DNA of 64,000 nt, taken from IMG/VR virus record IMGVR_UViG_3300032236_000747, positions 62,001-126,000 of that record; one strand, given 5' to 3'. A program made the position numbers and the translations under genes. Of this stretch, positions 43,004-55,000 are shown in pieces. Under the pieces are notes generated by a model. It was given only the letters and a program-made list of their open reading frames with translations. It did not search any database and had not been told where the DNA came from. How positions within the stretch are numbered: position 1 is the first letter of the stretch; every line of letters begins with the position of its first letter.

Positions 43004-46000
43004 ATTGATATTTATCCGGTAGTCCCGACAGGCTTGATTGTAGGAATGCTGCCTGCGGTGTAGTTTCTTCTAATAAACTTGTCTGTTTTCCAACTGTATA
43101 CCATGTTTTGTCAGTACGTTGTATAATAGTTAGTCTACTTCCAGGAACTAATGCTGCTTTACTTACTGGCCCGAGGTGTAGTTCTACACTAGCAATGCCT
43201 GTTTTAGTATTATAATTTATAGTAAATTCTGGCGGTACAACAATATCACTGTTATTATCACCAGTATCAAATCCTAAGGAACTATAATGGTAAGTTGTAG
43301 AAGTTTTATTCAACAATATGCCAGCATAATATACTTCAACTTGGTCAGCTAGACCGTTTTTAGAAGTAATATTAGGATTAATATTAATTCCGTCGCCGCT
43401 GATTAAGTTAGAAGAAGTATTAACAGCACTGATATTATAAGTTGTTGTATTTGTTGTAATAATATTCTGTATTAGATTCTTAGATAAACTTGGTACAGTT
43501 TCATATATTCCCATATCTACAACAGTAGTTCCTGTTGAATATACAGTATTTGCTCCTGTGCCTAGAGTAGCACGCTTAATACGACTTAAAACATTGCCAC
43601 TAATTGTCATAAACTCGATTCTTTCAGAGTTTATAAAAATAACACCCGGTTGATTTTTAGCAATATTAGGAGTTGATAAAGATCCGGCATTATTGACATA
43701 AATCTCAGTGTCAGTTATTGACAGACTTCTAGCAAGAGAAGTTGAGTTGGTCTTACTAAATCTCTTAAACTGTGTACGTCCTAGAATGTCTTTAAAGATC
43801 TTAAATCCTATAGTTTTATCAGCCAATGTATCGTTGATACTTGTTACTAACACAATATCACCTACGTTATATTGATAGTTGATACTGATCTGAACAGTAT
43901 AACCATTAGCAGAAACAGCATAATCAACGTCTTTGATAAGAGGTTTTCCTGCCACAGATACCCATATATAGTTCTCGTTAAGGATAGGCCTTTGCATTGT
44001 ATAGAAGTTAGCCTCAGTGGCATAGAATCTTTCTGTACGTATACCCGAAGCATCGCCGTTTGTAAACGTTAAAATGTTTACAAGATCGCCGTTGTTAACA
44101 GGATTAGTTAATGTTATTGTTCCTGCTTTTTCATCTACAGAATAATCAGTATTATTATATGTTTCAATAGCTAATACATCACCATTACTTAAGAAGTTAG
44201 GATTGAATAATATAGTATTCAGTGGCTGTTCTAATAAAAAGTCTCTAGAATTATTAAGTTGTATTCCATTCCTAAATACTTTTATAGCACTTAAACTGTA
44301 TATTCCAGGCTGCGATATTTCGTTAGGATGAATAACAAAACTAGTTTGATTATTTGATACTTGATAGTAGGTAGTATCAGGGGGATTAATACGCAAACCA
44401 TTTACTTCTACAATAGTTTGTTCTTCAAATGGTCCTAGTACACCGGGTATTTGTATTAGATTAAATGTAGATGTTGTATTATCTACATTTATTATCTGTT
44501 GTTTTAGTTCGCTGTATGCTTTATAAGATGGGCCAAAGAACCACGCTTGCACTAAGTTAGTGCCTGTACTCATTCCATATATATTAACTAGACCTCTGTT
44601 ATTAGTGTCAGCAATAAAAGAATAATGTAAACTAGTTGAAGTATTGGCATATACTGTTTGACCATTAACTGTTACATATATACTACCTATAGTGTCATAA
44701 GCATGTCTAGAGTTAATGCTAGTAAAGGATCCAGTTACCGAAACTGCTGCTGAGCCTAATAGATTAATACCACCAACGCCTACTGTAGTAATAGATAATA
44801 TACCTGTACTAGTTTGTTGATTTAATGTTAATGTATCATGAGCAAAATCTAATGAATAATCAACCCCATATGTTAGGTATTGAGAGTTATAAGAAACAAT
44901 AACCGACGATGTTGAAGGAGGACTTAGATCTAAGTTAATAACAGTGGTGCTAGTTGTACCATTTATTTGAGCAAGCTGCGTGATTACTAACGGAGATCCT
45001 TGCGGTTCTTGTGTGAACACATCAATAGATAAGTTTTCCTGTACTTGTCCAGGTATTACTTCTTCAGGTGCATAACTTGTGATAGGCGAGAAAAGTTCTC
45101 TACCATCTACTATAATATCGCTAGGACTAATACCCCGTGCTGTTGTAAACAATCCATCATTAAACGTCGAAACATTGCCACCGTCTATAACTGTATCAAT
45201 ATCAGACGACAATATAGCTGCATTTTGATCCGGTGTTCTAAATACAACTCTACTAAATGAAGCAGTTGTACTAAACGCAGAACCCGGAATAGTTACTGAA
45301 ACAGCAGTACCCGAACCAACAGGCGTAACAAATAATACGTTTGTAGCAGATGTACTTGCACCGTCAATCCTTACTGAACTCAATAGTACGTTAGTGGTCG
45401 AGTTAAGGCTAGGATTTAATGGTCCCCACGATTCTAAATACACGTTTATCGGTGTTCCTGTAGAAACGGTCTTTAATGTACTAGTAGTTACATAGCTGTC
45501 ACTTGATGCTAGATATGCTGTTTTAACATCTGCTGTAACAAAAGTTTGTGTGTTCTTTAATGTTGTAACCTGTAAGGAGAATATATCTGCCGGAGCATCA
45601 GCAAAGTTTGAATCACCAAAGTTAAAATCACCAAATCCATAGTCGGCACTAAAATCTAATCCTTGTACAGTAGTTCCAGGGAACTCTGCACCATACATAA
45701 GTTGACTTAACTGTTTGCCAAACATACCAGATGTAGGATTATAATAATCACGTATTCTATCAGCTGCTGAATATAGCTCTATATTCTTCTTGTAGTTCAC
45801 AATCAATGTAGAACTTGTTGGAGGAATATAGTTCAACGCGATTTTACTATGATGCTTTTTATAGCTTGTGCCAAGGCTATTAAACACAGAGGTATAGTTG
45901 GTGATTGTGTAATGTGATTTTAATACCAGTAAGCCATTTAGATATACGCTGGTATCAGTTTTAATAGGACTTGCAGCCCAGTCTAAATCAAATTCAAAAT

Positions 46001-49000
46001 CATTACCGTTGGTTGTTGCCGTAGTTGTTACAAAAGTTGCTCCTACCGAAGTTGCAGTTGATATTCTATCAAACTTCATCCTTATAAAGTTATTTCTTAC
46101 AAGACCGTTTGTTAGTTGAGCATATGCTGTAGCAGTTGTTAATGTTGCGTTTCCGCCACCAGTTATTAAAACTGTAGGAGTAACCGTATATCCTTGACCC
46201 GAAGTTAATACCTTAATAAATGATATACCACCATTAGAAATATAAGCCTGAGCTGTTGCACCTGATCCAGTATCTCCTGGCGCAGGAATAATAGTGACTA
46301 CAGGAACTTCTCTGTATCCGTCTCCTGATCTACCCACACTAATACTTTCTACACTATACTTGTGATTATCATTCCATGATTTATAAGGATACTGCAATAA
46401 CAGTTCACTGCTAGTTGTTACAACAGTGAATGTGTTTATAGATGAATCAAAATAGGAAGGTAAATCAAAATCACTGTTGTATGTTAGAGAAGGATCCCAA
46501 GGAGTATTATTTGATTCTCCTATGTTATAGTTGACTTGATAGTTTCTAATCTTAGTATGGTAAGGTTTTATTTCATTAATATAATCATTATACCAAGTAG
46601 GATCTTGGAATCTATAGTTTGTACGTTGATCTAAAACACCTGCTTGATTTATTACATTAACAAAACTAGTTTTAAAGACCCAGTCTAATGACCTTTGCTC
46701 AGTTAAGGCATATTTTACAGCAGCAAAGAAGAACTGATTCCAGTATAGGATATGGTCTCCTGTAAACAGATCATCTTTAATTGCTTTTAATATACTAGCA
46801 AGTTCGATGTCAGGTGTTTGATCAAATAATGTTTGATCAAAGGCACTTATTTCATCAAAGGCATATGGAGTATTAACAGTATTCCATACTGTATCTAATA
46901 TTTTTATTGTACCATTTTGGCTGTAAACTATATCAAAATCAGCGTCAAACGTTCCAACGCTGCCGGAAACTATTTTTCTTAGAATAATATAGTTGCCGTT
47001 GCCGCCATTTTGTACTTTAACATAATCGCCCACAGATAAAGAGAGTTGAGCAGTTTCGTATACATAATCAACAGCAAACGCTATAGGTTTGGCACTGTTA
47101 AAGTCGCTAGACTTCCAATCAATATATGTCCAATATTTTGTAGTGTCGTATGATTGGGTATATGCTCTTAGCCAGTTGTACCCTGTCCATTCAAATCTAC
47201 TCCATTTTCCATTATATTCTGGATCAATATTTAAAATAACGGTATATGGCCTAACAATTAGGGCAGGAGCTGTTACAAATCCATTACCTCTATCTAATAT
47301 ATCTACATGAACAACACTACCATTACTATCTATAACAGTTTTTAGTTTAGCAGAAGATGTTCCGTCACTGATTGTTACAGTCGGAGCCTGTAAATAACCA
47401 AACCCTGTATTTAAAATAGAAATAGCAGTTATTCTACCGTCAGTAACTTCACAAGATAGTTCAGCAGTTATAAAGTTATTGGTCACTATTCTATCTAGAT
47501 ATAACTTATCTTCTACAACTTGATCATATTGCCCTAGCAAGATATTAGGTATTTCATCTTTGTTGTTTAGATTATCAAAGTTTATATTATCAGTTATAAT
47601 CAAATCTAACAAGATATTATTTGTAAAATCCATTAAGTTACGCAATGCCGCTATTCTATCAACAAACATACTTTGTCTTGGACGATATTCAATACCGTAT
47701 GCCTGTCTCTTTGAAAGAGACGGATCTGGAACACGATTACCTAACGAATCGTGGCCAATAAGACTATCAAATAGTTTTTGTGTTAGCGCAGGAGTAGGTA
47801 AACTTTCTCTATTATTTTCTTGTATTAATATCCACTCTGTGTGCTTATTAATAGAAGTATTAACAGAGTCGTATCCTAGATTTAGATTTATTCTATCTCC
47901 AATTAATCTAGATTTATAGTTTACAACCGCAACACTATCTGGTCCTAGTATAGAAACATATTCTAATCCATAACTCACCGGATCGTTAATAATACTTGCT
48001 ACTTCGCTCGCAGATATTTTTCTGCTAGTGTTGCTAGGAACAGTAGTTTTATTTTTTACCCAGTAATAATATAAAGTAGTAAACTGACCAGTGCCACTGT
48101 CATATATTTGTTTAGACGAATATACACTATCATCCGCAAACTTTGGATAACCTGTAATACCTAGAGAAGATCCTGCACTGGTATTAGATAATGTAGCCCA
48201 TTGACTAGGTGTATATGTTGTTTCTACCCACTCGTAGACGTCAATACTGCTGCCAGGAAACTGTTTACCCCAAGCATTTTTTCTATATAGTGTTTCTCCT
48301 TGTTCATACCAAACATATTTTACAGTAGAAAGATCCCACCATACTTCCCCAACATGATCTGATTCCCAGAAGTTATATTCATCTACTACAACAGCACTAG
48401 TGCCTCTATTATAGAAAGCAGGGTCGTAGGGTGTTTTAAATTTAAGTTCTTGTTCAGCTAACCCTGCTAGTCTTCCCTTTACAGGATCAACAATATCAAG
48501 ATAGTCGACTACTTGTTCTTTTAGTGTATCAACTGTAAATGATTTATCTATTAACGATAAGTCAACTAAATCGCTTTGATTTCTAAAACTTGAATAAGAA
48601 GTAGCTGTAGAAATCTTGTTCCATATATGAACTGATCCATACGCACTCGAAGCTGCCGACACATCAGGATTGCCTACATATACTGTATTATTGTCCATGA
48701 CAGCACTGAATCCGTAGTTTCCGCCTTGATCAACTGTTGAGTTAATGAGTTCTTGTACAAAAACAAACTTTTTATTATATCTTTCATAGAGATAAGCACT
48801 ACCTGCTTGTTTTATTATTTGACCAAACTGGCAAGATAAATTATCAAATGTTGTTTTTCCGCCATCAAATGTAACACTTAAGAAGAAAGGATTACCTTGG
48901 CCTGTAATAACCAAACTATCAGCGGCCGGTGTAACAGTAATAGCTTGACCAAAGTTAACGGCACTAACGGCAGGGTTATCAATAAGTTGTAGAAACTCAA

Positions 49001-52000
49001 AGTTATTTCCATTCCACTCGTATACTCCAACTTTTCCTTTTTGTGTTACACCATCAGTCATATTAGACGATGCTACAAACAAGTGAGTACCGTTGTCATT
49101 GATAGCCATTGCCGAACCTAATCTATCTTGATAGCTGTTGGCATTCTTAAAGTTTGACCTAACAGATGTAGATGTTGTAGGATCTAATACCTGTGTATAT
49201 GCATAGGTTCCGTTTGTTGCTGTATAGATATAAACGGCGCCGGTGCCTGTATTAATACCAGGTGCAGATACCGCTATTACACTGCCATTTCTACTACCAA
49301 CAATACTATATCCAAACTCAGCACCTACGGTGTATGGAATCGGTTTTTGTAGTTTTCCTATGTATGGCATAGAGAATGCTTTATAAGCAGAAAAACTACC
49401 TGTGGTATAATATGATGTAATAGATCCGTTATTGTTTACTCCGTCAATAACTATATCAAGGTTATTGTCGGGAGCTCTTCCGCCGAGATTGTCGCCGGTT
49501 ATTTCTAATCGACTAGTTGTGTTATAGTTAGTTCCGGTATTGGTTAAAGTAACAATGTATTTGTAATCTGAAAAAGATACTGTAAATGTTGCAGATGTTC
49601 CTTTATATACTGTGCCAGCACTAGTAAACGTTGTAATGTTACCAAGACCGTTTACTCCAGTTACAGTTATCACCAAGTCATTTGTAGGACTAGTGCCCCC
49701 AAAGTTTGCACCAGCGATAGTTATAGTACTGTTAACTAGATAACTTGTTCCAGAATTAACCATCATAACACGATATGGTTGACCAGTTAATGTCATCACA
49801 TTAAACGAAGACAACGCACCCGGCGAGCCAGCTGTTACCCCTGTTAGATTTGAATAGAATGTTGTACCTGTACCTGTAACATTTGTATATATTGGATGAG
49901 GATTAACATACATATTGTACATGTAAACCTCACCAGAGTGGCGACTGTTATTAGTAACGCCGGGTGCTCCTATTAATACTGTTTTATTTGTAAGAGATGC
50001 TTGAACAAATAAAGAAGCACCAAATCTAGAATAGTTAGGATATGCTCCTGGATTATTTAAAACATTGTATGTTAGCTCGTGGTTGAGGCCACCTCTGGCA
50101 TTTTGTCTAAATATTCCAGATACTTTAACTACGCCAGAAGCAGTAGATGCTAATAAAGATACACCATTATTAGTAACCGTAGTGCCTGTACTAGCATAAG
50201 ATGCTGCAACCATAACAACATCATCAGTGTCATCATAGAATACAGAATCACCAAATGGTGTAGGATCAAAGGAAACGCGGTAGGTTCCTGTTCCTCTCCT
50301 GAATTGATCCTGGGCAGAGTTTAATCCAAAGTTAGTTATTTCTGATAGCGCACCAGTTAATGGGTTTATGTCGTAGACAAATATGCTACCAGGGCTTCTT
50401 ACTATATCATTGTAGTTAGCAGCAGATACAAAAAGTGTACTACTTGTAGCACGTTTTGTAACTCCATATCCAAACTCTTCACCTAGTTGTCTTTTAAATG
50501 GCGGTTGTATAGTGTCAGTATATACGTCGGCCTTTTTATACACTGCCCATTTATCGTGACCGTTGTTGTCTACCCAGAATAGTTCGTTGGGTAATACTGC
50601 TGTAGCAAATGGAATATCACTTAGCTCGTCTACATTATTATATCTAGAACTTATAAAATGATACAATACGCCATCAGATGTTATTTTAGACGGAACATAG
50701 TTAGACGATATAACAGTAAATGATGTCAACGAAGGAACATCGCTTACAGTATAGAAAGCATCTAACGACGCTTCAAACTTTGTTACAGATACATATTCAC
50801 CTATTTGTAAACCGTGCGGAGCCTTTGTATTGAAAACAATAGTATTCCCTGCAGCAGTTGCACTTATGGCATAGGATTGAGTTCTAGTATATCTATAAAC
50901 CCCCCAATCGTTATTATCAAATCCGATCCAAACTTTATCGCCTTCGTTGAACGTTGAGTTATCTGTTGTTAACAAATCAGACATTTTAGTAAATGTATAT
51001 TTTACATCATCTAATCTAGGATAACCGGCATAAGGATATATCATTTCATTTGAACTAAATGTACCTGTACTAGTTGCAAATGTTTGTGTAGACGAATATC
51101 CAACAGGATATATAGGCATGTCCATAGGTTGAACATAGCTGATAATCTCATTAGGAGCTGCCGGCTTAGAAGGAATAAATTGTATTGCTTGACTATTTTC
51201 AATAAAATCAGTTTCTCTTAAAGGAAACTCAATTTCATTATATGTACTATATCCACCATACGCACCTGCCCTAAATGCCCACTCTTCATAGATATCTATT
51301 GTACCTAACATATTTGCGGCACCTGCTTTTTCTAGTTTTATAATAGAGTTTAGCGTACCTTTTTCTTTAATATAACCTTGATAGAACTTATATTGAGCCG
51401 TTGCGTCAGCAAATATGTTATCAAGATATGGCCTTGGGCTATATCCAGTTAAATGCTGAGCCATTTTTTGTTGGCTTCTATCAAAGTTATCTATGTCTAA
51501 ACTATAGAAATCTTCAAACTGATTAATCTTATAATCAAAGTTAGGGATTAGTTTAGCAGTAGGCGCCTTAGGTAATAAGAACCATTGTGCAAAATCAAAA
51601 GTTGCCGAACCTGTTATTTTCTTTGCAGCAGAATAATATTTTCCTACATACTGAACAACGTCAGCAGGCATGTATGATTTGTAAGGAGACCATTGTTCTA
51701 TAGAAACATTATCGTAGACAAACCCAGGACTGAATAAGTCACCGTTCCAACTAGATGTTTTGAATCCTATAAGTTTCATTCTTAGTTGTCTATAGCCAGA
51801 TGCCCGGTCATATATTACATCTTTAAACACCGTAGTATTATCAAATATTAATACATGTTCTTTTTGTACTAGATTTAATCTAGCAAAGAATATACCCTGT
51901 GTGCTTCCTGCAGTTTTGATAGATATAGTACCACTGGATCTAGTTATTGATATGTTGCTAACAGGAATAGTAGAGCCGTCGGCGGCAAAGATAGAATATT

Positions 52001-55000
52001 CATAAAAACTATCTAACACATTATCAACAACACCCTTTTGGAAGTTAAATGTCAATGTATCCGCAAACGGACTTAGCGTGATAACACTATTATTTGCCCA
52101 GTTTTGTGCACTCCAGTATAAGAATTCCTTGGCACTAAAATCCCAGTTTATAACTTGATTAAAATCACCATTGTATGTGTTAAACTCAAATCCTTGAGAG
52201 TGTAGCCATTGGCCATAGCCCATTAAGAAATCAAAGACTGCTTGAACATTATCAAATATAGTTCCGTATGAGATTTTTACAGGAGTAGTTTCAAATCTTT
52301 TAGCAGCAGAAACTTCAATGCCGCCTACAGTTGGCAAACTATCTAGCAGTTGATAATACGCTTGATTTAGTACTGCTGTTGCTATATTATTAGATATAAC
52401 TCTGTAATAGTTGTTTTGATAAAATACTACTTGGCCCGATTGATAAGCCTGGCCAGCTGTATATGTTAGATAAGTCTCACTCTGTCCGCCAACTTTAAAT
52501 GAAGGATCAGTTGAAGAGTGAATAGATTGGAAGATTGTAAAGAACAAATCTTTTTTATCATATCCCCTAACAACAAACTTGCCATTAGACTTAATAACAA
52601 TAACTCCGGATATTCCTAGAGATAAAATAGGATTACTTACATTATAATGTATATTATAGTTTTCGTTTGGTAAAAACGGCTCAGGATTTTGAGTTGCAAG
52701 ATTATATGAATCAACAATGATGTTTAGTTTGTCTTGGCTAACAAATCCGCCAACTTTATACATTAGATTAAAGTCGCCGTTTTCTAGTTGTTCTTTAAGA
52801 TAAGACAAATAGGTGTTTGATCTTTTCTTACCTATTTCTAAAACATAAACTCCGTAACCAGCAGCCCTTATAATAGATCCGTTAACTGTATCACCTTGTA
52901 ATAATACCCTTGCCGGGCTTATAAATTCATTAACAGAACTATAGGTGTATTGGCCGGCTAGATTTAACATCATTCGACTAGTATCAAATAGTTTATTAGA
53001 GTAATCTGCAGGTTTTGTTAACGCCATTAATATTTGCGCAGCAAATGGCCAGTTGCTGCTTCTACGCCATGCATTTTCAGCAGGCCCCCAATCTCCAAAT
53101 GACCAAGATTGTGCTTGATCAGGAATATAATCATTTAAGGCAATACCGCCCCATTCTCTTATATCCACAAGATTTCCGTGTTCGTCTACAGGAATAACCT
53201 GACTCAGCCCCGGACGAACATATAATGTATTGTATCCAGCAGTAGGACCTTGAGCAATAAATCCTGCTTCTAGATCATTCCACAGTGTTGTATTGCCAGA
53301 TGTATAAGGTGCTGGACCATATTGGTTATCCCACCAATCTGGTTTCAAACTAAATCCTAACATTTCCCACGGTGTTAGATCCGGTCTGTCGGTATCAAAA
53401 TAGTATTTGTAAATAGATCTCCAACTACCTGTAAAGTTTCCACCGAACAGATAATCAGTTGATGATTTATAGTTGTATGTTTTATGATTGTTTATATCAT
53501 AGGTAAGGTTGTCTTCGTAGTTAACACCATATACTGATTTCCATTTAATGAATAAATCTTGTACAACGTTATAGGTATCACTGTAAGAAAATAGTTCTTT
53601 GCGGAATCGACCAGGTAGTACAGAGTTAACATCAAACAAATCAGGATTGTATGTTACTTTAATATTATTAAAGATACGTGTTTCAAACTCTATGATAATA
53701 TCGTCTCGATAGTCATTGAACGCAACTATAATACTTCCGTCGTGACCTTGTATAACCCATTGAGCATCTCCTGCGTATGAGTTATCTAGATATTTTGTTG
53801 GTTTAAACTTAGGATACAGGCCTAACTTAGAAGGAGTGGGAGATATGTAACACCCGTCAGTGTTTAGATATTCGTTGATAAGAATCTCGTCGCCTGGATT
53901 TAAACTAATAGAAACATTAATGACAGGATCATATAAATCAAAGGTGTAGTCGAATCCTTGTAATAGTTGAGTACCGTTCAAATAAACTAATATAGCTATA
54001 TTAGAAGGTGTTGTTATATCAAATACAGAACTGATAGAATACGCTGTATTTCTAGAATCCGTTACTGTATATCTTCTGATCTTTTTATCTGTTCCATAAG
54101 GAACCATATCACTTAGTAGATAAGGGAATGTAATATTTTTATTTTCATTAAGATATGCCAGCGCATAATCAACAGCATCAGCTGGAGTATATGAACTAGG
54201 AATATCCATTATAGCTTTTAAGAAGTTTAACTTAAACAGATTGTAATCATCACCTGCTACCCTTATTGCGGTAACAGCACTATGTTCTTGATCACTGATA
54301 AAATATTGTGCAAATGACAGTGAATTTTTGTTAATAATAAATCTAGACCCATACTTGCTTACATTGGCTAGATCACTTAGATTGCTAGAGCCCGGGAATG
54401 ATCCAACAAAGTCCGGATCTCTATTAACCATGTCTTGAACATGGTTTACAACTTCACTTAATGTAAACTGACTTATAGAATCGTTTAATGGATTATTAGT
54501 AAGGTTAATAGGGGCTTCATAAATTCCTGTACCATTAGGAGCGGTATTAGAATATAGATTTAATAGAACTCTATGTCCACTTGTAGATTTAGATAAAGGT
54601 GTTACAAATGACACAGCAGCAGTGCCAGTTGTAGAAGTAATAATAGAAAAATCTGATCTTAAATACTTCTTGTCATTGACAAATACATCTGCTGTAAGGT
54701 CTGAAATAAATCCAGGATTATCAAACACCGTGATTTCTATGCTTGCTGTTTGATCATAAACTACTTGGAATTGTTGAACCGCTAGTTTATATTCAGCTGC
54801 CTGGGTCCATACATTAATATATTCAACACCATTTGTTTTGTTATGTACAAGATAACCCGAGTTAACAGCTATAGAAAAACTAACGTTTGATACCACATTT
54901 ATGAAACTATCATTCATAAAATAATTGTCAAACAGGTATGTACTTGTTAATGCTTCGCTACTATAACTTAATGGGAACCCTAATACTGTATCAGCAACTC

